From contig NC_043010.1 of the NCBI RefSeq assembly GCF_006345805.1, positions 47,988,001 to 48,052,000 of the forward strand: a stretch of DNA of 64,000 nucleotides. The letters are read 5' to 3'. Shown one piece after another: positions 36,289-48,715 of this stretch (its first letter is position 1; each line of letters starts with the position of its first letter). Below the pieces are notes generated by a model, which worked only from the letters and a program-made list of their open reading frames with translations, was not told the DNA's origin and did not search any database. A program made the translations under genes and the position numbers. This DNA is from Octopus sinensis. Taxonomy: Eukaryota.

Positions 36289-36514
36289 AAATTATGTTTT
36301 TATTGATAACTGTTTCATTAATAGGCAGAAATGGTAGCATTTTCTGAGCAAATTTCCCAGTAAGATTGATTTAAACATTCATCCTTCAAGAGTCAAGAAA
36401 ATAATTACCAATTAAGTATTAATTTCATTGACTGCTCTCCAACCCCACTTCATATAATATAAATATTTCTAACCTTGTGTATGTGTTAGAAATCATTATT
36501 ATTTCATTTTTGAT

Positions 36515-36725
36515 TTAAAATTTTGGCACAAAGCCAGTAATTTCAGAGGAAGGGATAAGCCTATTGCATCAACCCCAGTACTCAACTGGTACTTATTCTA
36601 TCGACCCTCAGAAAGGATGAAAGACAAAAATAAACCACAGCAGAATTTGAACTCACAACGTAAAGACAGACAAAATGTTGCTAAGCATTTTGCCAGCATG
36701 CTAACAATTCTGCCAGCTCACTGCT
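36515..36725 (-). mobile_element. SINE family B
   Basis: Similarity to 18975-19185 and 59025-59230. Confidence 0.75.
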
Positions 36726-36811
36726 TTCCAATTGTTTGATCATTAATTTATTAATTGTTATGTTTAAGTGACATTCTTGTTAATTTTCTTTTTATCATTT
36801 TTTGTTTACAG

Positions 36812-36991
36812 AATGATTTTGCAAACCTTGATGATCTTATTCTGAAGTGGACTCAAGTGTGTCAGCAAGTGCTGGTTGATCTTCACTCTAAAGTACCAGA
36901 ACCCAAACCTACTTTGACAGAATTCATCAAATATTTCAATATTGACTTTGATTTCATTAAATTTAATCCCGAAAATGAAACATTCTTGTAG
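36812..36991 (+). CDS. SFR1: SFR1 exon 3 (NDFANLDDLILKWTQVCQQVLVDL...LTEFIKYFNID...FNPENETFL*)
   Basis: Mei5/Sfr1 C-terminal domain pattern (KNDL..L..LI.KW...Q..L..L); acceptor tttacag|; TAG at 36989-91. Confidence 0.93.
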   Translation, partial: NDFANLDDLILKWTQVCQQVLVDLHSKVPEPKPTLTEFIKYFNIDFDFIKFNPENETFL

Positions 36992-37204
36992 ATAAGAGAA
37001 AAAGAGTATATGTGTGTGTGTATGTATATACACATATACATATCATCATCATAATCATCATCATCTTTACAATCTATACACATGATGCAACTAGTTGTGT
37101 GAAATGCTATCTCAAAACGACAGATGCAATATTTTGTAACAAAGAAGAGAAAATTAGTTTCTTCCTTGTGATACATTGACTGAAATTAATATTTATAATG
37201 AATT

Positions 37205-37645
37205 TCGAGGTGGTGAGTGGGTAGAATCGTTAGCAAGCCTGGCAAAATGCTTGACAGCATTTTGTCTGTCTTCATGTTTTGAGTTCAGATTCTGCTGCAG
37301 TCGACTTTGCCTTTCTTCGTTTCAGGGTTAAATAAAGTAAGTGCCAGTTGAGCACTAGGGTCAATGTTATCGGCTTACCCCCTCCACCAAGATTGCTGAC
37401 CTTGTACCAAAATCAATATCTATGACAAATTTAAGGTGGCAAGCAGGCAGAATCATTAATATGCCAGGCAGAATGCTTATTGGCATTTCGTCCATCTGTA
37501 CGTTCTGAGTTCAAATCTCATTGAGATCAGCTTTGCATTTCTTGCTTTTGGGGTCAGTAAAATAAATACCAATTGAGTACTGGGGTTGATGTAATTGACT
37601 TACCCCCTTCCCTGAAATTACTGGCTTCGTGCCAAAATTTGAAAT
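37205..37645 (+). mobile_element. two tandem family B SINEs in the probable SFR1 3' UTR
   Basis: Two GGTGG..AG..GGCAGAATC.TTA...GAGTTCA.AT units; an AATAAA lies downstream at 37878-37883. Confidence 0.7.
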
Positions 37646-39179
37646 AATATTCATGACAAATTCATCATCTTTGATATGTGTACAAGTTCTCACGTAGTAC
37701 ACTCTGAATAAACAGTCCTGCAACACTGGCAGTTACTCTCTTCACATTGACTTGTCTGGTTTATCCAGTATCCAGCCTAACAGAGTCAGGGTTAACAAAG
37801 GCTTTTTGTGTATCATAAAAAAAACCTACATATTCTCATACTCACATACACACTGCTAGTAATTTACTTTAATTTTCAATAAAGCAACAATATTTGTTTA
37901 TAATTTAGTATTTTAATTTTTTATAATCCAACTTTTTTTTTTTATTAGCTGTGATGTGAATGGATGGTGCTAATTACAAAGTAACGATTTCAATGATTAC
38001 ATATGATAATGAATGTACGTTGTGTTCAAGGGACATTACTCTGACATACATTATTTAACTGAAAAGTAGGTTGTGAAGGTAAACCGTAAAACTTCCCACA
38101 TTTACTTTTTATTATTTTATATTGCATTTTATAAAACAATGGCATTGTTGGCTACAGGTTTCTAGTGGCCTTTCACTGAAGGACAGTGTGCCAGTTATTG
38201 ACATTTAAGGTAATTACTACACAAAGTATTTTTGTTGAAAGTACTGATATATTGATTTTCTTGCTGATATTTACATCTGTTACAACATATCATCATCATT
38301 GTTTTAACGTCTATTTTACATGCTTGCAAGGGTTAGACGGAATTTTGTTGTGGAAGATTTTCTACAAGACCTTCCTATTGCTAACCCTCACCTGTTTTCA
38401 AATAAAGTAATGTCCCCATGACCAGACATGTTTTCTGGGAAGACTGGAAATGAAGGATGCTGCTTGTATGATTGTGTGCTGTAGAGGCAAGGAAACAGTA
38501 ACACATACATTGGAAAATACAGGTATATCAAATACTTTACAACATAAATTCTTGATGTGTTAAAATTATCTCTGCTGCTAAAATACTTATCATAATTACC
38601 AAATGTCAATTATTGAGAACAGCTCCATTTAAGAGAGGAAAATAATCTCAACAACCAAGTATTTTCCAGAGTTGACATGCCATTAAGGAAATGGACAGGC
38701 TTGGAGAAGGTAGACAGTTATAGACCTGTTTCTGCCTCAATAGGTGTCTTTAGCCTGACAGTTGTCTCAAGTAGCCAAAGGACACAGGCATATACAAGAG
38801 TAAAGTGCATTTATGGCTTAGAGAGCGAAAATAGTTTTCATTTTAAGAGGGTTAAAAAAAAACAAATTGCTTAACAGGTTACTATGTTGTGATTGTTCAA
38901 AATAAAGCACAAATGTAATTAATTTAAGCACATTTTGTTAAACATTTCAAAAAGGAAAAGTAAAAGCTTACAGACTAATAACATCGTCATTGTTTTTTTG
39001 CATGCACAATGGGTCAAATGAAATTTATTGAAGATTTTCCAAGGATGGATGCCCTTCCTGTTTCCAAAAAGCATAATATTACCCACTAAACAGATATGTT
39101 TTCATAGGATTTGGGAAACAAAAGATGCTGGTGACACTCAATAGCAACTACCATGTCAAAGCAAAGAGACAGTGACACA

Positions 39180-39619
39180 CCTACACATATATACAAGATT
39201 CTTTCAGTTTCTGTCAACTAAATCCATTTAGAAAGCTTTGGTTGTCCTGGGGCTATAGTAGAAGACTCTTGCCTGAAGTGCCTCACTGGGATTGAATCTG
39301 GAACCATGTGACTGGGAAACAAACTTCTTACCACACAGCTGTGTTTGTGCCCAGTAATCATGCCAAAATTTCTGGTTGGCTTAAATAACACCCATCATAG
39401 TGGTGAAACTAATGTAACAGCATGAATTTGGCATGGGTTGAGGAGTGATCACTAAACTTTTCAATCTGAAGTCAGATTGTGAAGATGTAGCTGTGTAGTA
39501 AGAAGTTTATTTACTAACTACATGATTGCAGGTTCAGCCCCACTGCATAACACCTTGGGTAAGTGTTTTCTAAAGCCTCAAGCTGACTACTCTTGTGAGT
39601 GGATTTGGTTGAGGAAGCT

Positions 39620-39653
<34 letters not shown>

Positions 39654-39850
39654 CACACATATCATCATCATTGTTTAACGTCCGTTTTCCATGCTAGCAT
39701 GGGTTGGACAGTTCGACTGGGGTCTGGGAAGCCAGGAGGCTGCACCAGGCTCCAGTCTGATCTGGTAGTGGGTGCTTTTTACGTGCCACTGGCACAGAAG
39801 CCATTTAAGGCGGCACTGGCATCGACCATGTATGGATGGTGCTTTTTATG
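39180..39850. mobile_element. SINE cluster: family A (-) 39180-39350, family A (+) 39485-39640, family C (-) 39660-39850
   Basis: Similarity to the other copies. Confidence 0.7.
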
Positions 39851-40744
39851 TGAAATGAATAACAACATGCAATGGATAATTGTCAGCTCATTACAGCTAT
39901 TTCTTACACATCATTTTAATAGAAGAATGAGAACATTACTCCATTACAAAAAAAATGTAATCATCAGATGAAACCTCATTTTACAAACAGAAGAATATAC
40001 CAAGAATGCAGCAGGGATGTGGCTGAAGTCTACCAATGCCAACTATGAAATGGGAGAATCCTCAACAAAGTTGGCCGTTGAGGTTAAGGATATAGTTTGT
40101 GAAAGTGTGTAATATGATATCTAAGGTCAGCGTCCTGGGTGAAATAGGAGTCTGCTAGACTGGTTCTTAGGTAGGCTGGAGTGGGGTGTTGGTGATATTT
40201 TATTATAGAAGGCTTAGAGCAGTGGTTAGCTAGGAGAGGTCCTAATATAAAGAAAGAAAGAACAACGCAAAAGTTAGGGTGAAGAAAAATAAAAGCATAC
40301 AAGCCAATTAGGCACAGGGTTGGGGTTTAGGATTCGCTAGCTAAAGCTAAGGGAGGAGGGTAGAAATACACAGAATTTAGGGGTATTCTTTGGATATTGG
40401 TTGAAAGTTAGGGGATGGGTATGACGGCAATCAAATAAGATCTAACATTGATGGAAAGATGTAGGATGTTTTATATTAGAAAATATATATAGGTTAGTGT
40501 GGACTACTTGTAATATTAGGACATGTTTGCCTGGAGAGGGAAAAGCTGGTAGTAATAGTAGAGTACTATTTATCATTAAGGAGTTTAAAGAAAGATAGGG
40601 TTATATAATAAACTATACCTTGTAAGAAGTTAGAGGAAATACCAGATCAGATATCGAAGAGAGCCAGCAATAAGGAGTAGTCTAATGATTAACAATATGG
40701 AATGTTATACAGGTGGCATTGATAGTATTCAGTTAGATACTATA

Positions 40745-41355
40745 ATCATCGTGCATGTTTGAGTTTGTTCCTCCCCCGCCACTTGGCGACTGATGTTGGT
40801 TTGTTTCCATGCCTGTAACTTAGCAGTTTACTCTTACTTGTTTCAGTCATTTGACTGCAGCCTTTAGTCGAGCAAATCAACCCCAGGACTTATTCTTTGG
40901 AAGCTTAGTACTTATTCTATCGGTCTCTTTTGCCAAATCACTAAGTTACAGGGATGTAAACACACCAGCATCGGTTCTCAAGCGATGTTGGTGGGGACAA
41001 ACACAGACACAAAAACATATACACACACACACACACACATATATATATACATACGACAGGCTTCTTTCAGTTTCCGTCTACCAAATCCACTCCCAAGGCT
41101 TTGGTTGGCCCAAGGCTATAACAGAAGGCACTTGCCCAAGGTGCCACGCAGTGGGAATGAACCCGGAACCATGTGGCTGGTAAGCAGGCTACTTACCACA
41201 CAGCCACTCATAAAAAAAAAATGACCAGATTTAGGAATAAGTCCTGGAGTTGATTTGTTTAACTAAACACCTCAAGATGATACCCTGGTATAGCTGCCAG
41301 GCTATCATCTCGAGGTATACCCTGGCATAACTGCAATCCACTGAGTGAAAGAAGT
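40745..41355. mobile_element. family A SINE (-, 40830-41210) nested in an older family A SINE (+)
   Basis: Plus-strand body 40745-40828 resumes at ~41225-41355 around the minus-strand copy. Confidence 0.7.
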
Positions 41356-42044
41356 AAAAATATAAACAAGTGTAAAGAATTTAATGGGTTTAGAATGCAA
41401 AAATTCTTTCACCCGTAAATTAAGGAACTTGTAAACTTTGAATCCAAAGAAAAAGAATTTTAACACTGCATCAACTATTTCTCCCAACCCTAAACAACCA
41501 CAGGTGACCTTTCAAGTAACTCTCAACATTTACATATAGACAAAACAAAAATATATAACTGATTAGTGCCACACACACACACACACTTAATACTCTTTTC
41601 AGTCAACTTCACCAAAACATGCAAAAATCTAGCAACACCATAAACATGTAAAAATTAATACTTCCTTCTCCAAGCCTAGATTCAAAACTGAATCTAAGAA
41701 TCCTCGGTAGTCCAAACCACCATGATCAACAGGCGCAAAAAAAGGTTTTCTTTGTCCTGTCAAAAAGTGATCGATCATCTCCTTTTGACCTACGACCTCA
41801 GCCATGTCAGGTGAAGTTCAAATGGACAGGAGCTGACCTATTTGGGCACAATCTCTGCTGCAGTATGTCCGTCCTTCTAGCTGCCATGATTATTATAAAT
41901 ATGGTGGTCAGCAGAGGGACAGACAAGAAAGGTCTACGACATGAAAGTAGATTTTGGCAGACCACAGAGACTGAGAGAAATGTTCGAAGTTCCATGGAAG
42001 ACTACTGTCTCAGATGAACTACGCACACATACACACACATATTC

Positions 42045-42222
42045 ATTTCTTATTTCCTATTTCTTTATTGCCCACAAGGGCTAAACATAGAGGGAACAAA
42101 CAAGGATAGACAAAGGGATTAAGTTGATTACATCGACCCCAGTGCGTAATGGGTACTTAATTTGTTGACCCCGAAAGGATGAAAGGCACAGTCGACCACA
42201 GCAGAATTTGAACTCAGAACAT
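42045..42222 (-). mobile_element. SINE family B 3' part
   Basis: Near-identical to 53085-53260. Confidence 0.8.
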
Positions 42223-42712
42223 ATTCATTTCTGACACATCACTTCCACAGATGCACCCTGTTTCTATTTCTAGCAACTCGTAGTAGTTGTCAACATTTTG
42301 CATGTAGTGAAGAATATTGTGTACGAACAACAAATTAAGTCCAGTGAATAAATTATTTTAACTATGAATCGATTCATTAATTTGTTTACTTCAAAGTCAT
42401 TCGCATTCTTCTCGCATTTTTTTCAGCTGATACACATTTAACCACTACAAACATAAAAGCATAGAAACTAACCTCACAACTGAAAATAGGAAAAACCCAG
42501 AAAACACGTCATCATAGGCACACCCTACATTACCTTCAAGGATCATAAAGTGACTTTTCTTTCTGATCTTAACTTCAGAATAATAAAAGCTACTGAAAAG
42601 GAACTAGGCCAGCAAACATATTCTCAATGCTATTAATGCTATGAGACCAGCACAAATGACCCACAATCCTATGGTAACTAAATGGTTCAATAGGATATAA
42701 ACAAACAACAGA

Positions 42713-42935
42713 TTAACTCATTTGTTACCAACCCAGCCGAAACCGGCTCTGTAGTACAAATATCTTGTTTTCATAAGTTTTGAATTAAAATCTTCCACCA
42801 AATCTTCGTCACAATTTATGTTCCTAACACTAGCTTAATGATAACTAAGTTATTTTACTAAATTCTTTGTTATATTTAAAGTAATTGAAAGAAACACAGA
42901 GCATCTCAAAATAAATACAGTAACGAAAGGGTTAA
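42713..42935. mobile_element. piggyBac-like MITE
   Basis: TTAA|CTCATTTGTTACC...GTAACGAAAGGG|TTAA; reverse complement of 49950-50178. Confidence 0.8.
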
Positions 42936-43549
42936 GCTATTACAATGCTGTTTTTCTACCCATTTAAGTCTAAATCTCTTCAATATTCAAGAGAATAATC
43001 ACTACCTTTAGCAATCTCAACACTCGGATAATGATTCTATTTTTGGCACAAGGTCAGCAATTGATTTTAGGGGAGGAGGCAAGTTGATTACATCAACATC
43101 AGCACTTGACTGCTACTCTTTATTCTATTGACCCAGAAAGGATGAAAAGTAAAGTCAATATTAGTGGCATTTGAACTCAGAATGTTAAGCTAGAAGAAAT
43201 ATTAATTTCAAGCTTTGGCACAAGACCAGCAATTTTGAGTAGTGGTGGTGGGTGGTTATGTTGATTACATCAATGCAGTGTTCAACTGGCATTGAAGTAA
43301 GTGGTGGTGTCACTGGTTCAGTTGCCGATGGCCAAATCATGCAATTGGTTGTAACTGGGTTACATTATTACTAGTAGCACTCAAGAGTGATCAGACATAA
43401 CATATATGTAATTTATATAAAGTTTTTCTGTTTACTTTTTCATTTTCTGGCGTTTTCAACCTTGCACCTTTTGTATCTACTTCCCACTTGCCTTTTCTTG
43501 TATTTTCTCATTCTGTCGTCCTGTTTTAGCTTGTTATACCATGTGGCCA

Positions 43550-43634
43550 GAGCCTGAAGATTGCATGAAGGCACCAGATGTGTTATTAAATACTGTCTCA
43601 GTTGTTTTTCATCGCATGAAACTATTAGTAGCTC
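43550..43634 (+). ncRNA. type-I hammerhead motif with extended stem II, in a Penelope-type repeat (~43420-43710)
   Basis: GAGC-CTGAAGA-T-TGCATGAA...TTCATCGCA-T-GAAA-CTATTAG-TA-GCTC. Stem I GAGC/GCTC; stem III ACT(att)AGT; GUA triplet. Confidence 0.65.
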
Positions 43635-43733
43635 ATAAAAAAATATACTGTGTTTATTAAATAATATTTATCTCTCACCAGATGGAGTTTTTTTTTGTTG
43701 ATCTTACCATCATGGAACAGTACACTATACATA

Positions 43734-44365
43734 CAGGATGTGATGGGTAAATTGTCACCATTTTATATATTTAATTTTGCACATGTGCTTTGTTTTTGAT
43801 TTTGTCAACTACATTGTATAGTAGGGTCAGTTGAGCACCGTCTGTGAGAAAAACATCACCGTGATGCAATTCGCTCTGCCAGATTGCACTGAAGCTCCAA
43901 TATGAACATTTCAGAGTGTTTGGGTGTCAATCTGAGGACAGTGCAGAGGATTCAGAAAGAGTTGGATGAATATAATGATGATTACGAAGGTACGGCAGCT
44001 TGGAAAATTCAATCTGTTCCGATAAGAAAAGAACTGAATTTGTTGGTGAGCTCCAGGCCATGATTGACAATGAGCCCTCCAAGTCAATCAGGTCCATCGA
44101 TCGGGCACATGGGTGTGCCTGAGTTTCTTATCAGGCAGGTAGTGCATGAAGACATTTCATATTCCTCATACAAGATGAGAAAGGGCCAATTTTTATCCCA
44201 AGCCATCAAGGACAAGAGGAAAGACCATGCTACAAGCTTTGAACAAACTCAAGCATCCCCCTCAACCAAACATACTTTGGTTTCTCTCAGACAAAAATTT
44301 CTGCCAGGATCAGATGGTGAATGCATAGAACAACCATTGACTTGCCATGTGCCCAAAACATGTAC
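43734..44365 (+). mobile_element. Tc1/mariner-superfamily transposon 5' fragment with decayed transposase
   Basis: TA|CAGGATGTGATGG start; frameshifted HTH-type peptide (..MGVPEFLIRQVVHEDISYSSYKMRKGQFLSQAIKDKR..). Confidence 0.7.
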
Positions 44366-44544
44366 TAAATCTGAATATTATTTTTTCTCTTCAATTTGTT
44401 ATAATGCTGTCTCATCCTACTTTTGACTATCTATATATGGCAGTCCAATGTGGAACAAGAATCACTATTTCTACATCAAGTAACTTTTCATCTGTACACT
44501 ATGATTAGTAACTCTGACATGAGAACCACATATAAATATAATGA

Positions 44545-45070
44545 AATTATTGTATACAGTGCTCAGGTGCACCACAACTTGTCAGAAAGTGCATATAAAG
44601 TACATGCAGTAATGTAGAAATGTCTGGAAAGTGAACAGTGTATGAGTCAGATACATGCTTGTGTGTGTATGGAGGGGAGAAAATCAAGTGTAGTGTTGGC
44701 GAATCTCAGGAAGCATGGAAGTTTTGAAGGATGCAGTGCTCCGACAACTACAACTGATGCCGGCAGTTTGTTCCATGCTTCAGCAACTCTCAGCGTGAAA
44801 AATGTTTCCTGAAGTCATGGGAGCTGTGCTGTTTTCTTACTTTGTAAATATGTCCACGGGTGTTAGATGGGTAGAGTTTGAAAGGTGCTCAGAGTTATTG
44901 TTTGTACGATGGTTGATAATTTTATGGGTGTCTGCCAAGTCAGCTGCCAGACGTCGGAGTTTCAATGTGTCCATGCCAGGGAAGTAAGGCGTTCAGGATA
45001 TGGCAAATGCCTGATGGCGGGTATTCTTTTGGTTGCACGGGATATGGCAAATGTCTGATGGAGGGTATAT
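44545..45070 (-). mobile_element. CR1-type LINE 3' fragment, second subfamily
   Basis: Homologous to 32067-32475; shares the 3' terminus TG(T/A)TACAGTGCTCAGGTGCAC.ACAAC. Confidence 0.88.
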
Positions 45071-45423
45071 GTACATTACATTTGGCAACCTCGATGTAAA
45101 AAAAATTTCTTAATATATGCTATGTATATATATATATATATATAATTAATCGAAGACTGTTTGATTTTGTTATTTTTCTTCTTTTGCCTATGTGAGTTAC
45201 AAGTATTGTTATCTGTGGAGTAATATCTGTAGTTAAAAAGAATAAGCTGTCTTTGGCTGCTATTTCAAAACTTTCGGTATGTGTTTAAGCAACTTGTTGC
45301 TTAAACCCTTAATTATATTTATACATATATATATATTTTCTTTTTCAAAATGTAACCACATGTGGATGATTGGTGATTTTTTTCCTCTGTTTTCTTTTTC
45401 TCTTGTACCCTCCCCTGTCTCCT

Positions 45424-45459
45424 GTTTCTGACGAAGAGCTTTGCTCGGAACATAAAAAC
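45424..45459 (+). ncRNA. degenerate minimal hammerhead motif in a Penelope-type solo repeat (~45350-45560)
   Basis: GTTT-CTGACGA-A-GAGC(ttt)GCTC-GGAA-CA-TA-AAAAC; same architecture as 24908 with decay. Confidence 0.5.
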
Positions 45460-45560
45460 TACCTTTCTTTCCTTCCCTTAGTGTCTGCTAATACTTTGCA
45501 TGTACCATGTCCTTGCACTGTTATTTTTTTCTTGTGCTTGTTCTTCATTTTTGGGGGGAT

Positions 45561-45663
45561 TATATATATATATATCATCATCGTTTAACATCCGTCTTTC
45601 ATATATATATATATATATATATATACATACATACACATACATAGCTATTTATCTGTCTGTCTG

Positions 45664-45759
<96 letters not shown>

Positions 45760-45774
45760 CAAGCAGGCAGACAG

Positions 45775-45819
<45 letters not shown>

Positions 45820-45832
45820 CAAGCAGGCAGAC

Positions 45833-45877
<45 letters not shown>

Positions 45878-45912
45878 ATAATATATATATATATACACAT
45901 GAGAGAAAGAAA
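45561..45912. repeat. compound (TA)n/(CT)n/(AG)n microsatellite with inverted and duplicated blocks
   Basis: Read directly from the sequence. Confidence 0.95.
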
Positions 45913-45987
45913 GAGGGGAAGTTGGATGGTCTAATGTCTCAAGTAATGATCAACTACAATGTAAAGCTACAAATTTGGGTATACCAA

Positions 45988-46270
45988 CACAAGTGGCCAC
46001 CCCCTCAGACTTTGTTTCCTCTAACTTCCAGAAAAATTAGTAATTTTTTAATGAAATTTTCTACAAATATGCTTTAGAAGGTGTACATTCCGATTAGTGT
46101 TGTGAAAACGTTTTCCAAGGGTGGGGAGAGGAATTTCGGAAAATTCACTGGAGTTAGGTTTGTTTCCCCATAACTTTCAGAAAATGGATATTTTTAAATG
46201 AAATTTTCTATAAATGCCTTTCAGATGGTGTACATTACGATTGTTTTGGAATTTAATAATTATATATATA

Positions 46271-46301
<31 letters not shown>

Positions 46302-46767
46302 CATATATAAATGGCGGTGCCCCAGCATGGCCACAGCTCGTGAGCTGAAACTAGATAAAATAAATAAATAAAATATATATATATAAATGGTGGGCTCGCA
46401 CGTCTACATGCTGATACACATTACAATTTTTTTTCGAAATTTCAAGTTTCATTTTGTGATGTATGTCGCTATGTATGTGTAAGAGCCCTCTAATCGTAAT
46501 CTACACAATCCCAAAGGTATTTGTAGAAAATTTCATTAAAAAAATACCTATTTTCTGAAAGTTATGAGGAAACAAAGCCGACTTTTGTGAATTTTTCAGA
46601 ATCCCCTTCCCACCCACCCCCCTTAAAAAATTTTCCGAGAAATTCCGTTATAATCAATCCGTACCATCTGAAGTATATTTGTAAAAAAAAAAAAAAAAAT
46701 TCCTTAAAAAATACCAATTTTTCTGGAAGTTATGAGGAAACAAATTCGGTTACTCATACACTTGTGT
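45988..46767. mobile_element. foldback MITE with CACAAGTG...CACTTGTG termini and ~270-bp inverted arms
   Basis: Each arm has two subrepeats TTTGTTTCC..TAACTT.CAGAAAA...AATGAAATTTTCTA.AAAT. Partial copies at ~29565-29712 and ~47545-47660. Confidence 0.75.
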
Positions 46768-47099
46768 TTCCAAATTTATTTCCTTTTTCCGTCTAACAAG
46801 AAAATTTCAATTACTTTAATTTTTTTTTTTTTTTTTTTTTGCGCAGGGTGGTATTCAGTACCTCACTCATCCTATAACTTGATTTTCTAAATTTCATGCC
46901 ATTGGCCCATTTGACTTACTTCCCTTCGTTCATTCCATATTCTCTGGTCTTATTAGAAGACAAAAACAACAACAACGAAAGGAAGAAGAAAATTTTAAAA
47001 AATTCAAAAACAAAACCACCATCCACTATCCTCTCGCTCGGGCCACTTTTAAACTGCGTGCTTATAACAAGCCAATACCGGTGTTTTGTTTTTGTTATT

Positions 47100-47193
47100 T
47101 TCTAACCGTCGTTTCTGCTACCTCGCCGTGCTCTCTTTCACTGCCTCACCTTTTCTGTTGTATTTTGTTTTAATTGTATATTATTATTCCAAG
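47100..47193 (+). other. probable non-coding first exon of the gene whose ORF is at 54083 (start approximate)
   Basis: CpG-containing pyrimidine-rich stretch after CCAAT (47072); strong donor AAG|gtaagc at 47193/47194. Confidence 0.55.
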
Positions 47194-48409
47194 GTAAGCA
47201 CATCAAATATTTAACAATTTTATTTACAAAATTTTAATTTTCCATTATATATAAACGAAAAAAAAACAACCCCAACGCCAGTTATCGTTAGCAAGTGCTT
47301 GTCATACAAATTTAAACGGGCACTTCTAGTTGTTATCATTTGTGAATGAACCAACCAGTTTTGTGTATCTTTTATTTATTATTCTTTTTTTGTCATGCTT
47401 AAACGAATTTTTAATATTGTTTTAGATGTGCATGTTATATGTTATTGTAGCTTTCGTTTAAGCGCAGTGAAAATAATAAAGAATGGTTGAAAGACAGCCG
47501 AATCAGTTAAAGCGTCATAATTGCATACATTACTGTATCTAGAGGTACCTCCCATCGACTCTGTTTCCTAATAACTTTCCGAAAAAAATGCATATATTTA
47601 AACGAAATTTTGCAGGGCTACAATTTTCGAGGGTGTAGATTACAATTATGCTGATAACATTAAAAAAAAAAATTATATATATATATATACCACTTCGGTC
47701 ATTTCGGTTCAGTGTTCAAATCCTATCGACGGTCTGGTTCGTGTTTAATTTCTCCAAGTAATATTGACCACGTACTTGTTATGTGTATGGTTGAGCTGGC
47801 CCATTAGCATTTCCTAATTTCTGCGATAATTGACCGCACCCTCCTTATATCCTAAACAAAGAAACCATTATTGTTGATACAGTGGTCAGCGACGTGCAGC
47901 AAAGCCGATATTACGACGTAAAACCTTTTCCTTCAGAATTCCTTGCCCCGCATAACAAAGACATTTGTCGAACGCAGTGTAGACTTAGTCGTAAAAAGAA
48001 ATAATTTCACTTCACTCTCAATCTTCCCACAACTGTCCTCCCACTTTACAAATAAATGTGTGAACGTTACACAAATTCTCCCCTTTTACCACAATTTCGT
48101 AGCCTTCGTACCTAACGGATGGATATTTTCCCTTATGGGTTCCCCCATCTATATTTTCTGTTTTCCTTTTTATTGTTGCTTAACCTCTTTTCAGCCCTCG
48201 CTGAACAAACTTCTGACAAAATGTGTCCAACCGTACTATTCTAGTCTTTTTTTTTTTTTTGGTCTGATATTGGACAACATAATCCTAAACATACAATGTG
48301 TCCGCTTTCTTTTAAGACAGTCGTATATGGTTTGATTTGGCTATTTATTTGCTTGTAGGTCGAAGGACTATTCATTATCCCCCACCTCAAACTTGAACTG
48401 CGATTATAC

Positions 48410-48715
48410 TGGGTCACCGCCAGTATTTATTTTAAAATCTAGTACTTATTCTATTGGTCTCTTTTGTCGAACGGCAAAGTTACAGAGACTTAAACAAATC
48501 AACACCAATTGTCAAATGGCAGAGAAAGGCACAAATACAAAGGCGCACATACATATACGGGAGGCTTCCACACAATTTCCGTCAACCAAGTTCACTCACA
48601 AGGCATTGGTTAGTCCACGGCTGTAGTAATAGAAGACATTTGTCTGAGGTGCTGTGCAGTGGGACTGAACCTGAAGCTATGTGGTTATGAAGCAATCATC
48701 TTAAACACACCCCAT
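48410..48715 (-). mobile_element. SINE family A, diverged
   Basis: Similarity to 741-1110. Confidence 0.7.

Noticed and set aside
45500-45934. 144-aa and 83-aa ORFs rich in YI/SL/RE
   Set aside because: Microsatellite translations.
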